The notes under the pieces: model-generated | The model's database searches: none | What the model saw: the letters and a program-made list of their open reading frames with translations, nothing else | What the model was told of the DNA's origin: nothing | Made by a program: the position numbers and the translations under genes | IMG/VR virus record: IMGVR_UViG_3300014059_000009 | Strand: one strand, 5' to 3' | DNA length: 20,000 nt | Source of the DNA: an uncultured virus (IMG/VR IMGVR_UViG_3300014059_000009) | Taxonomy: Duplodnaviria; Heunggongvirae; Uroviricota; Caudoviricetes | Shown: piece by piece, positions 1 through 8,497 of the stretch | Layout of the letters: each line of letters starts with the position of its first letter | How positions within the stretch are numbered: position 1 is the first letter of the stretch

Positions 1-93
1 GTTCGCCGCGCCAACGGCTCGCTGAGCCAGCATGCAACCTTGGCTGACGCGAAAGAAGCCATCACGATCATGGTTGATGTGGCGGAGGCGTGA
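1..93 (+). CDS. 3' end of a hypothetical protein (partial)
   Basis: Open frame from position 1 (VRRANGSLSQHATLADAKEAITIMVDVAEA*) ending at TGA 91-93, immediately before the next small gene. Confidence 0.45.
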   Translation, partial: VRRANGSLSQHATLADAKEAITIMVDVAEA

Positions 94-101
94 TCGGACT
101 G

Positions 102-263
102 ATGACCCCCGCAAACGAACGCAAAGCCAAGGAGCGCGAAGCCAAGCGCGCAGCCGGGTTGATAAAGGTGGAAGTTTGGGTGCCGGTTTGTGAGGCAGAC
201 AAGATCAAGGCGCTCGCCGCCAAGATGAAGCCGAAGGCACCGAAGGCAACCACAACCGCTTGA
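102..263 (+). CDS. Small basic protein (53 aa), possible ribbon-helix-helix / DUF3018-like DNA-binding protein
   Basis: Hand translation [53 protein letters not shown]. The basic helix followed by GLxxVEVWVP resembles small RHH/antitoxin-like phage proteins. GGAGG at 84-88; alternative in-frame GTG start at 90. Shorter than any ORF in the supplied track. Confidence 0.6.
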   Translation: MTPANERKAKEREAKRAAGLIKVEVWVPVCEADKIKALAAKMKPKAPKATTTA

Positions 264-301
264 CATTTCGTCCGTTCGTGTGTCCACTCCCATCATCGAG
301 A

Positions 302-341
302 CGAACCGCGCCCGCCAGGATCACCCTGCGCGGGCGCTTCG
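302..341 (+). promoter_or_regulatory. GC-rich stem-loop in the late-operon leader (possible attenuator/terminator)
   Basis: GCGCCCGC (308-315) pairs with GCGGGCGC (330-337); inner CAGG/CCTG and outer CGAA/TTCG pairs. Only a weak T-tract follows. TTGACA lies upstream at 260-265. Confidence 0.45.
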
Positions 342-397
342 CATTTCACCCCACCCACAACAGGAGCACCACCGCGACGGCGGGCGGTGACGAACGC

Positions 398-946
398 ATG
401 GCGGCACCAGCAGGCAATCGCTTCTGGGAAGCTCGCTCATCGCATGGGCGGGCACCCATCTTCGCCTCGCCGGAGGAACTGTGGTCCGCCTGCCTCGAAT
501 ACTTCGAATGGGTCGAATCAAATCCTCTGTATGAGGCGAGGCCGTTCGCTTATCAGGGGGTCGTCGTTCAGGAGCCGGTCGCCAAGATGCGGGCGATGAC
601 CATCATGGGTCTGTGCAACTTCCTTGATATCAGCGTTGACGCTTGGGCGCTGTATCGCGGTCGGGAAGATTTTATCGGCGTCGTCTCACGAGCCGAACAA
701 ATCATGCGGCAACAGAAGTTCGAGGGCGCATCAGCCGACTTGCTCAATCCGAACATCATCGCCCGTGATCTTGGACTTGCTGACAAGCAAGAGCAAAGCG
801 GCACGATCCAGCATCAGGTGACAGCGGATGACGCTTTTGCAACCTTCATCGCAACTCTGGGCGGCCATGCATCCGCACCAGCAGGCGGCGGTGATGGCGA
901 GGGCGAAGTGGCAGGCGAGAGCGAGGCCCAACCAGATCACGCCTGA
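398..946 (+). CDS. terS: Terminase small subunit, P22 gp3-like DNA-packaging protein
   Basis: [44 protein letters not shown]...[10 protein letters not shown]...[22 protein letters not shown] closely matches P22 gp3 as I recall it. True start taken as ATG 398 (GGTGA at 386-390), not the TTG at 260. Confidence 0.93.
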   Translation: MAAPAGNRFWEARSSHGRAPIFASPEELWSACLEYFEWVESNPLYEARPFAYQGVVVQEPVAKMRAMTIMGLCNFLDISVDAWALYRGREDFIGVVSRAEQIMRQQKFEGASADLLNPNIIARDLGLADKQEQSGTIQHQVTADDAFATFIATLGGHASAPAGGGDGEGEVAGESEAQPDHA

Positions 947-2132
947 TGGCGACTGGCTGACATGGGTCATCCTCGCCGGTCGCGGCTGGGGCAAGACAAG
1001 AACGGGGGCAGAGGACTCGGCTTGGGCTGGAATGGCAAACCCCGGCTGGCGGATTGCAGTGGTTGCCCCGACAAGCGCGGATGCGCGGGACACCTGCATC
1101 GAAGGGGACAGCGGGCTTCTCAACGTCCTGCCGCGTGAGGCGGTGCAGACGTGGAACCGCAGCCTTGGCGAACTGATCCTGATCAACGGGACGAGATACA
1201 AGGCCTTCTCAGCAGATGAACCGGAACGCCTTCGCGGCCCGCAGCACCACCGAGCATGGGCCGATGAGCTTGCCGCGTGGCGCTATCCTGAGGCATGGGA
1301 CCAGCTCATGTTCGGCCTGCGGCTTGGGGATCACCCGCAGGCGGTTGTGACGACGACGCCCAAACCAACACCACTGGTCAAGACATTGGTGGCGGCCAAG
1401 ACAAGCTTTGTGACGCGGGGCAGCACATTCGACAACGCAGCGAACCTTGCGCCGTCTGCGCTTGCGATGCTGCGCGAGAAATACGAGGGGACGCGGCTTG
1501 GACGACAGGAGCTTGAGGCAGAAATTCTTGGAGATCTTCCAGGAGCCCTATGGAGTCTCGCCAACCTCGACGCCTACCGGCTTAGAGAAAGCCCAGAGCC
1601 TGGCCGCATCGTTGTTGCCGTCGATCCCGCCGTCACTGCAACCGAAGCAAGCGACGAACACGGAATCATTGTGGCCGGACTGGCTGACCAGCGCGGCCTT
1701 GTCCTTGAAGACGCATCGCTTTCAGGCAGCCCCAACGAATGGGCCAAGCGGGCAGTCAGCCTCTACCGCAGTTGGAATGCCGACTGCATCGTGATCGAGG
1801 TCAACCAGGGCGGCGACATGGTGGCGCATACCATCCGCACCATTGATCCGAATGTGAAGATCAGGGAAGTCCGGGCATCGCGCGGCAAGCACGTCCGGGC
1901 CGAGCCTATCGCGGCGCTGTATGAGCAAGGCCGCGTTGCACATGTGGGATCGTTCCCCGTGCTGGAAAACCAGATGACGCAGATGACAACCAACGGCTTT
2001 GAGGGCGAAGGCAGCCCCGACCGCGTTGATGCGCTGGTCTGGGCCATGACGGACCTGTTCCCCGGCATGACTGAGCGCGCGCCCGACCCGGCGCGGTATG
2101 CAATTCCGAAAAAGCGCGGCTGGATGAGGTAA
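828..2132 (+). CDS. terL: Terminase large subunit (Terminase_6-type ATPase plus RNase H-like nuclease)
   Basis: Walker [16 protein letters not shown], Walker B RAWADE, coupling motif VTTTP, nuclease motifs VVAVDPA and [19 protein letters not shown] at 816-821. Confidence 0.95.
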   Translation: MTLLQPSSQLWAAMHPHQQAAVMARAKWQARARPNQITPDGDWLTWVILAGRGWGKTRTGAEDSAWAGMANPGWRIAVVAPTSADARDTCIEGDSGLLNVLPREAVQTWNRSLGELILINGTRYKAFSADEPERLRGPQHHRAWADELAAWRYPEAWDQLMFGLRLGDHPQAVVTTTPKPTPLVKTLVAAKTSFVTRGSTFDNAANLAPSALAMLREKYEGTRLGRQELEAEILGDLPGALWSLANLDAYRLRESPEPGRIVVAVDPAVTATEASDEHGIIVAGLADQRGLVLEDASLSGSPNEWAKRAVSLYRSWNADCIVIEVNQGGDMVAHTIRTIDPNVKIREVRASRGKHVRAEPIAALYEQGRVAHVGSFPVLENQMTQMTTNGFEGEGSPDRVDALVWAMTDLFPGMTERAPDPARYAIPKKRGWMR

Positions 2133-2136
2133 CTAA

Positions 2137-4095
2137 ATGGCCGACGCCGATAAAGACGCCATCATCAAGCTTGCCAACGCCCGCATGAATGAGGCGTATT
2201 CGGCTGACCAGCCCCACCGCGAACGCGCGCAGGATGATCTGAAAAACGTCATCGGCGACCAGTGGCCGCAGGACGAACGGCAGGAGCGCGAGAGCGAAGG
2301 CCGCCCGTGCCTGACCATCAACATTCTTGCCCAGAACGTGCGTCAGGTGACAGGGCAGATCAGGTCGCTCAACCCGGCCATCAAGGTCACTGCAGCCGAC
2401 AGCGCGGCGAACAAGGACACCGCCGAAGTCATTGAGGGCATGATCCGGCACATCGAGAACAAGTCCGATGCGTCCAGCATCTATGAGGCGGCGACGGAAA
2501 GCGCGGCGGCCTCTTCTATCGGTTACTGGCGCGTTCGGGCCGACTACGCCGAAGGGGACACCTTCGACCAGGAGTTGCGGATCGAGCGGGTGTTCAACCC
2601 CTTCGCTGTTTTTCTGGACCCGTTCGCGAAAGACCCCACCCGCAAGGACGCGCGGTATGGGTTCATCGTGGCGGAAATGCCGAAGGAAGACTTCGAGGCG
2701 GAGTATCCCGACGCGCAGGTGATGGACATCACCGGGGATCACCGCATCCCGAACTTCGAGCAATGGGCCACGGCAGAGCGTGTCGTGGTGGCCGAATACT
2801 TCTGGATCGACCACAAAGAACACGAAATCGGGTTGCTGCCCTCCGGTCAGGTGATCAAGGGTCCGTTTCCCAAGGGCATCCAGATCGGCAAGAAGCGCAC
2901 AGTGCGGACGCCGCAGGTGATGTGGGCCAAGGTGACCGGGGCCGAGGTGCTGGAAGGCCCTACGGAATTCCCGTGCAGCTACATCCCCATCGTCGCCGTG
3001 ACGGGCGAGGAGTGGCACCTCGGCGAGGAATCGTACCGGTCCAGCGTGATCCGGTTCGCAAAAGACCCGCAGCGGATGTTCAACTATGCCGCCTCGACGG
3101 ATGCGGAGGTGACTTCAGCGCAGCCCAAAGCGCCGTTCATGGTGTCTACGCAGCAGATCAAGGGCTTTGAGGATATCTGGGCGGAAATGGGGGTGAAGAA
3201 CCGCCCGTATCTGCCATACAACCCCGATCCCGAGGCCGGGATGCCGCAGCGGATTAACCCGCCGGTTGCATCCCAAGCCCTGCAGCTGCAAATGCAGATG
3301 GCGGCGGAGAACATCAAGCGCACGACCGGCATCTACGACGCCAGCCTGGGCGCGCGGTCCAACGAAACCAGCGGCAAGGCGATCCTGGCGCGCAAGGAAG
3401 AGTCGCAGAACTCAACCTCGATCTATTCGGACAACATGGTCAAGGCGATCACCCACACCGGCTGCATCCTCGTGGACATGATCCCGCGCATTTACGACAC
3501 GCAGCGGATCGTTCGGGTGCTCGGCGAAGATGGCCAGGAGAAGATGGAGACGATCAACAAGCTGGTGATGACGGCTCAAGGCCCCGCGACGATGAACGAC
3601 ATGACCGCTGGCCGGTATGACGTGAACGTATCGGTCGGCCCGTCCTATTCGGCGAAGCGCGAGGAAACGCGCGATGGCTTGCAGGCGCTGTTGCAGGCGG
3701 TTCCCGGCGCGGCACAACTCATTGGCGACCTGTATGTGTCGTCAATGGATTGGGAACACGCCGACCGGGCCGCTGAACGGATGCGCAAGATGTTGCCCCC
3801 GGGTGTTGCCGAGGAGTCCGAAGAGGACATGACGCCGGAGCAGATGCAGGCCAAGCAGCAGCAGATGATGCAAGCGCAGCAAGAAGCGCAGATGCAGCAA
3901 GAGGCGCAACAGATTGCCAAGGCGAAAGCCATCGCCGAGGTGAAAGAGGCGGAAGCCAAGGCCCGCAAGGCCGAAGCCGAGGCGCAAAAGACCGAACTGG
4001 AGGTCGCGATTATGAGCGGCCAGGTTCGGCAGATGGTCGAGGGCGCAGTTGCCCAGACCGCACACGCCATGACCCTGCAACACGCGGGCATGTAA
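2137..4095 (+). CDS. Portal protein, P22-type
   Basis: 652 aa directly after TerL. Motifs GDQWP..., RPCLTIN, IRFAKDPQRMFNY, SNETSGKAILAR, YDTQRIVRVLGEDG, GRYDVNVSVGPSY; Q/A/E-rich C-terminal coiled coil (barrel). Confidence 0.93.
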   Translation: MADADKDAIIKLANARMNEAYSADQPHRERAQDDLKNVIGDQWPQDERQERESEGRPCLTINILAQNVRQVTGQIRSLNPAIKVTAADSAANKDTAEVIEGMIRHIENKSDASSIYEAATESAAASSIGYWRVRADYAEGDTFDQELRIERVFNPFAVFLDPFAKDPTRKDARYGFIVAEMPKEDFEAEYPDAQVMDITGDHRIPNFEQWATAERVVVAEYFWIDHKEHEIGLLPSGQVIKGPFPKGIQIGKKRTVRTPQVMWAKVTGAEVLEGPTEFPCSYIPIVAVTGEEWHLGEESYRSSVIRFAKDPQRMFNYAASTDAEVTSAQPKAPFMVSTQQIKGFEDIWAEMGVKNRPYLPYNPDPEAGMPQRINPPVASQALQLQMQMAAENIKRTTGIYDASLGARSNETSGKAILARKEESQNSTSIYSDNMVKAITHTGCILVDMIPRIYDTQRIVRVLGEDGQEKMETINKLVMTAQGPATMNDMTAGRYDVNVSVGPSYSAKREETRDGLQALLQAVPGAAQLIGDLYVSSMDWEHADRAAERMRKMLPPGVAEESEEDMTPEQMQAKQQQMMQAQQEAQMQQEAQQIAKAKAIAEVKEAEAKARKAEAEAQKTELEVAIMSGQVRQMVEGAVAQTAHAMTLQHAGM

Positions 4096-4115
4096 CCCCT
4101 TTAAGCGAGGAACCG

Positions 4116-4922
4116 ATGGAAGACGAAAGCGCGGCAGCCCTTGTGGCCGCCCCTGAACCCGTTGTCACAGAAGCGCCGAAGGGCGAAGAAGCAGGGCAGG
4201 TTGAAACCCCGCCCGCCGAGGGGCAACCCGAGGAGAAGAGTGAGTCAGCCAAGCGCCGCGAACGCGAGAAAGCGTACCGGGCGCGGTTGCAGACCGAAGC
4301 CGCCGAAGCGAAGGCCGAAGCCGAACAGGCCAAGGCGCGTCGTCAGGCAATTCTGGACGCGGCAAAGCAGGAAGCCCCGCCGAAGGAAGACGATTTCCCT
4401 GATCCGATTGAATTCGCCGCCGCCAAAGCAATTTGGGGCGCGGAGCAACGGCTGACGGCGCGAGAAGCGAAGAATGCCGGTGATGCGGCGAAAGCCGCTG
4501 AGGACAAGGCGGAGGAAATTGGCAAGCGTGACCGCGCAATCCTGGAGCAATCCTGGGCTGCGGCGCGCGAAGAGGCCAAGACCAGATACGCGGATTTCGA
4601 GACGGTCGCGCTGACGGGGTGGGAACCTTCGCCAGCCATGACCGACCTGATCCTCACGTCTGACGTTGGCCCGGATGTTGCCTATCACCTCGGCCAGAAC
4701 CGCGCGCTGGCCGCGCAGATCGCAGCAATGAGCCAGGTGGAAGCCGCAAGGGCGATTGGCCGCATCGAGGCCAGCATCGTCGCGCCGAAGCCGCGAACCG
4801 AAACCAAGGCCCCCGATCCGATCAACCCCGTGCGGGGATCGGCGGCGGCTGGCCGCAACCCTGACACCATGTCCTACGTCGAGTGGGTCAAGTGGCGTGA
4901 GGGCGGTGGCAAAATCACCTGA
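4116..4922 (+). CDS. Scaffolding protein
   Basis: Between portal and coat; acidic, Ala/Glu-rich and helical, with GPDVAYHLGQN and KAPDPINPV motifs. SD GAGGA upstream. Confidence 0.85.
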   Translation: MEDESAAALVAAPEPVVTEAPKGEEAGQVETPPAEGQPEEKSESAKRREREKAYRARLQTEAAEAKAEAEQAKARRQAILDAAKQEAPPKEDDFPDPIEFAAAKAIWGAEQRLTAREAKNAGDAAKAAEDKAEEIGKRDRAILEQSWAAAREEAKTRYADFETVALTGWEPSPAMTDLILTSDVGPDVAYHLGQNRALAAQIAAMSQVEAARAIGRIEASIVAPKPRTETKAPDPINPVRGSAAAGRNPDTMSYVEWVKWREGGGKIT

Positions 4923-4934
4923 GGAGGGTGAACA

Positions 4935-6167
4935 ATGGCTAACAGCTTCTTCACAGTGGCGGCCATCTCGAAAGAGCTGGTCCGCCTGATGGAAAACGAC
5001 CTCGTTCTCGGCAAGTCGGTTGGCACCGACAATCTGGAAAACGAGACCGTCAAGTCCGGTGGCGCGGTCAAGGTGCGCCGCCAGATGCAATACCTCGGCC
5101 AGGACAACAACCTCGATCTGTCGGCCTTCTCGGAAGACGTGACCGAGGGCACCGTCACCGTGACCCTCGACCAGACCTGGTCGAACAAGGTCAGCATCAG
5201 CGCCATCGACCGGACGCTCTCGTTCGACCGCTATTCGCAGCAAATCCTGCAACCGATGGCGCGGCGCGCGGCGGAAAAGGTCGAGGCGTCCATCGCGGCC
5301 CTCTATCCCGCGTTCTACTGGTTCGACGGCACCCCCGGCACCATTCCCGCCACCTATTCGGCGGTTGCCGATGCGGGGGCGATCTTCACCGATGGCGGCA
5401 ACACCATCAGCGGACGCCTCGGGTTCCACAGCCCGGCATGTTCGGCCAAGCTGGCCGCGCTGATCCAGGGCACCTACGTGGACGGCAATAACAAGAAGGC
5501 CCTCGAAATGGCCAAGGTTGGCCGCTACGCCGGTTTCGACAACTATGAAACCGTCTTCGCGCCGACCCACACCGTCGGCCCGCTGGGCGGCACCCCGCTG
5601 ATCAACGGCGGCGCTCAGGCCGTGACCTACGCCGCCGCCAAGGACACTTGGTCGCAATCGCTGATCACCGATGGCTGGACCGCCGCTGCGGCTGCCCGCC
5701 TGAATGCCGGTGATGTGTTCACCATCGCGAACGTCTTCGCGGTGAACCCGAATACGAAGCAATCGACCGGGCGGCTCCAGACCTTCACCGTTCTTGCCAA
5801 CGCAAGCTCGGACGGCGCGGGCAACCTGACCGCGACGATTTCGCCCCCGATCATCACCTCGGGCGCGTTCCAGACCGTCAACGCGGTCCCCGCCGACAAC
5901 GCGGCCATCACGATCAAGACCGGCACGGCGGCCACGGCCTACCGTCAGTCGCTCCTGATCGACCCGCAGGCAATCGCGCTGGTTTCCCGCCCGCTGGACA
6001 TCCCGTCGGGTGAGGGCCTGAAGACCAGCACGGTGTCTGGCGAGTTCGTCACCATGTCGGTGTCGAGCTGGGTGGATGGCAACACGCTGGCCGAGAACAT
6101 GAGATTCGATATGTTGTGGAAACCTATCGTTCTTGATCCTCGTCGCGGCATGAGGTTGACAAACTAA
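4935..6167 (+). CDS. Major capsid (coat) protein, P22 gp5 family
   Basis: 410 aa after the scaffold, MANSFFT start, LNAGDVFTIANVFAVNP insertion-domain motif. Very strong GC3 bias; SD GGAGG upstream. Confidence 0.92.
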   Translation: MANSFFTVAAISKELVRLMENDLVLGKSVGTDNLENETVKSGGAVKVRRQMQYLGQDNNLDLSAFSEDVTEGTVTVTLDQTWSNKVSISAIDRTLSFDRYSQQILQPMARRAAEKVEASIAALYPAFYWFDGTPGTIPATYSAVADAGAIFTDGGNTISGRLGFHSPACSAKLAALIQGTYVDGNNKKALEMAKVGRYAGFDNYETVFAPTHTVGPLGGTPLINGGAQAVTYAAAKDTWSQSLITDGWTAAAAARLNAGDVFTIANVFAVNPNTKQSTGRLQTFTVLANASSDGAGNLTATISPPIITSGAFQTVNAVPADNAAITIKTGTAATAYRQSLLIDPQAIALVSRPLDIPSGEGLKTSTVSGEFVTMSVSSWVDGNTLAENMRFDMLWKPIVLDPRRGMRLTN

Positions 6168-6184
6168 GGCTCCGCCTTAAGAAT
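6156..6184 (+). promoter_or_regulatory. Putative sigma70 promoter for the HNH gene, with the -35 inside the last coat codons
   Basis: TTGACA (6156-6161), 17-nt spacer, AAGAAT (6179-6184, 4/6 match to TATAAT). Confidence 0.6.
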
Positions 6185-6189
6185 CAAGC

Positions 6190-6249
6190 GGCTAGGCATC
6201 GACTTGCAGGTCTTTGCCTAGCCTCACCAAACCAGACCGTTGGAGGGTC
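6190..6249 (+). promoter_or_regulatory. Structured 5' leader of the HNH gene (two hairpins, the second covering the RBS)
   Basis: GGCTAGGCA (6190-6198) pairs with TGCCTAGCC (6215-6223), with inner GACT/GGTC and loop TGCA. GACC (6235-6238) pairs with GGTC (6246-6249), enclosing SD GGAGG (6242-6246). Confidence 0.55.
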
Positions 6250-6253
6250 CAAA

Positions 6254-6781
6254 ATGGCTAAGGAAAACCTACCTACTATTTCTGTCGTGCGCAACTTGCT
6301 CCGCTATGAGCCGGATACCGGGAAACTGTTCTGGTTGCCGCGCGGCGGGGGCCGGTTTGACAAACTCTTTGCAGGCAAGGAAGCCTTCACCGCAACTGAT
6401 CCGGGCGGCTACAAATACGGGTCGCTTCAGTCCCATACGATGCGAGCGCATGTGGTCGCGTGGGCGCTGGCCTATGGAAAATGGCCTGATGGCCACATCG
6501 ACCACGAGAACGGTATCCGAGAAGATAACAGGCTGAAGAACCTGAGCCTTGGGACGCAAGCCCAGAACAACAGGAACGCCAAGCGCCGCAATGACAACAA
6601 GAGCGGCGTCGTGGGCGTGATTTGGTTCCCGAAAATGAGCATGTGGCGCGCCTACATCAACGTAAGCGGGTCTTGGAAGCACATCGGGTATTTCGACACA
6701 AGAGAAGCCGCCGCAATAGCGCGCAAGGCTGCTGAAGCACAATACGGGTTCCACAAGAACCACGGGAGATCGTCCCCATGA
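6254..6781 (+). CDS. HNH homing endonuclease with C-terminal AP2 DNA-binding domain
   Basis: LLRYEPDTGKLFW N-terminus; HNH_3 motif AHVVAWALAYGKWPDGHIDHENGIREDNRLKNL; AP2 motif NKSGVVGVIW...WRAYI...KHIGYFDTREAAAIARKAAE. Overlaps the next gene by ATGA. Confidence 0.92.
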   Translation: MAKENLPTISVVRNLLRYEPDTGKLFWLPRGGGRFDKLFAGKEAFTATDPGGYKYGSLQSHTMRAHVVAWALAYGKWPDGHIDHENGIREDNRLKNLSLGTQAQNNRNAKRRNDNKSGVVGVIWFPKMSMWRAYINVSGSWKHIGYFDTREAAAIARKAAEAQYGFHKNHGRSSP

Positions 6782-7149
6782 CGACAGCGCGAGATATCGT
6801 TGAGTCCGCCTTCCGCAAGATCGGGGTGGTCGCGAGTGATGAGCCTATGACCGCTGACCAAGCGGACAACGGGATCAACGCGCTAAACCGCATGATGCAC
6901 GGCTGGCTTCTGGACGGCATCGACATCGGCCACATCGACCTTGATCTGGCTGACGTGTTCACGATGGAGCCGCAGTTCGAGGAGGGGTGCGTCTACCTTC
7001 TCGCCGAACGGCTTTCCCCCGACTACGAAGCCCCGGTCAACTTCAGCACTTCCGATTTCAAGAAGCGGCTGTCTGCGGCCTACCTGATCATTCCCGACAG
7101 CAAGTTCGACCGGACGCTGACACGCCGCCGGAGTTTCTGGAATGCCTAG
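6778..7149 (+). CDS. Head-to-tail adaptor, P22 gp4-like
   Basis: MTTARDIVESAFRKIGV...ADNGINALNRMMHGW...LAERLSPDY; 123 aa, immediately before the gp10-like gene. Confidence 0.85.
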   Translation: MTTARDIVESAFRKIGVVASDEPMTADQADNGINALNRMMHGWLLDGIDIGHIDLDLADVFTMEPQFEEGCVYLLAERLSPDYEAPVNFSTSDFKKRLSAAYLIIPDSKFDRTLTRRRSFWNA

Positions 7150-8497
7150 GGTCGAGTTTGCGGGCCAATCCGCCAGGGATGCCGACAACCCGGCTGGCAA
7201 CCCTTCGCGGCTGATCAACGGATACCGTGAGCCGATGGTGGCTGGTGGCCGCTCCGGGGCCGTCCTGCGGGCTGTGCCGGGGATGGCCGATTTCGCCGAG
7301 GTCGGCGATGTATTTGTCCGCGCCATGTCGAATTTTGACGGGGGCATCATGGCCATCGTCGGCACGAACCTTCACCGGATCGAAACAGACGGCACCGTGA
7401 CGCTGATCGGCGACGTGGATGCGACAGACGCCATCGCCGGGCTGGACCAAAGCACGGGTTATGTCGTGGCCGTTGCGGGCCGGAAATACTGGCATTGGAA
7501 CGGCACGACGCTTGCGACTGTGGTGGCCGGAAACGTGCCGAACCCGGCATCCGTCGCCTATCTGGGCGGCTATGTCATCGTGTCAGACTACGGGACGCGC
7601 GTGTTTGGATGGTCGGCGCTGGCCGATCCTACGACATGGAGCGGGCTGGACTTCGCAAGCGCAGAAATCACCCCAGACCCGATTATCCGGCTGATCGCAT
7701 TCAAGGACGCGCTTTACGTCTTCAAGGCTACAGGCTTTGAACGTTGGGCGGTGACCGGCCTATCTGGACCGGACGCTTTCCAGCGCATCGGCGGCGCGCA
7801 AGAGGAACCGGGGCTTGCTGCCTATGGCCTGATCGTCACGTTCCCGAACGGACTGTCCTATGTCGGTTCGGATGGGCGGGTCTATGTGTTTGGGGTCGGG
7901 CCGATTTCGACACCGCCGGTGGAAGTGGCGATTGAACGCCTCGGGCCGAACCGGATGTTCTACTATGAACAGCGGGGACATGGGTTCATCTGCATCGCCT
8001 TCGATGAAACCTTTGCCTGGTGCTATGACACGGCGACCGGGGAATGGCACGAGCGGGCGCAGAGCGACATGCCGTGGCAGGCGCGCGCCTCGGTCAAGGT
8101 CGGAACAGCTTGGTATGTCGGCACGGATTCCGGGAAGATTGCCCAACTGACAGGCCGGTGCGCCGACTTTGGCGACCCGATGGTGCGGCGCTACGTTTCG
8201 CGGACGCTTGATGCGGGCGAGCGGTTCACCGTGGCGAAGATCGAGGCATTCCCGCGCATCGAGGGGGATACTCAAGGCGACGGCGACACGACCGAGGCCA
8301 AGGTCACGTTGGAAATGTCGCGCGACGGCGGGTTCACATACGGCAATCCGAAGGATCGCAGCGTCGGGGCGGTCGGGGCCTATGAAACGCGACTGACATG
8401 GCGGGCCTTGGGGCAGTTTCGCAAGGCAACCATGCAGTTGTCTATTTCGTCCACAACCGACATTCCGCTTCTCTCTGAAATCGACGTGGCGCTCTGA
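7142..8497 (+). CDS. Tail hub / packaged-DNA stabilisation protein, P22 gp10-like
   Basis: 451 aa, beta-propeller-like. Motifs LDFASAEITPDPI, YEQRGHGF, WCYDTATGEWHER, SRDGGFTYG...GAVGAYETRLTWRALG. Confidence 0.9.
   Translation: MPRVEFAGQSARDADNPAGNPSRLINGYREPMVAGGRSGAVLRAVPGMADFAEVGDVFVRAMSNFDGGIMAIVGTNLHRIETDGTVTLIGDVDATDAIAGLDQSTGYVVAVAGRKYWHWNGTTLATVVAGNVPNPASVAYLGGYVIVSDYGTRVFGWSALADPTTWSGLDFASAEITPDPIIRLIAFKDALYVFKATGFERWAVTGLSGPDAFQRIGGAQEEPGLAAYGLIVTFPNGLSYVGSDGRVYVFGVGPISTPPVEVAIERLGPNRMFYYEQRGHGFICIAFDETFAWCYDTATGEWHERAQSDMPWQARASVKVGTAWYVGTDSGKIAQLTGRCADFGDPMVRRYVSRTLDAGERFTVAKIEAFPRIEGDTQGDGDTTEAKVTLEMSRDGGFTYGNPKDRSVGAVGAYETRLTWRALGQFRKATMQLSISSTTDIPLLSEIDVAL

Noticed and set aside
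260..397. 46-aa N-terminal extension of TerS from the TTG at 260
   Set aside because: Similarity to P22 gp3 starts at Met 398; the upstream stretch is hairpin-rich leader and its TTG is part of TTGACA.
828..2132. Gene transfer agent cluster (TerL resembles GTA-type terminases)
   Set aside because: The rest of the module is P22-like podoviral (portal, coat, ejection proteins), not the HK97-type siphoviral RcGTA layout.
3830..3990. CAG-rich quasi-repeats
   Set aside because: They encode the ordinary Gln/Ala-rich coiled-coil barrel of P22-type portals; not a CRISPR array or DNA repeat.
4245..5762. 505-aa minus-strand ORF (likewise 1906..3018, 13719..14735, 10484..11314, 9696..10415)
   Set aside because: Shadow ORFs opposite well-supported genes, expected from high-GC3 codon bias; translations are R/G/H-rich with no motifs.
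6168..6253. Rho-independent terminator after the coat gene, or a group I intron around the HNH
   Set aside because: The hairpin lacks a U-tract. The coat and gp4-like frames are both complete and the 86-nt gap is too short for a ribozyme core.
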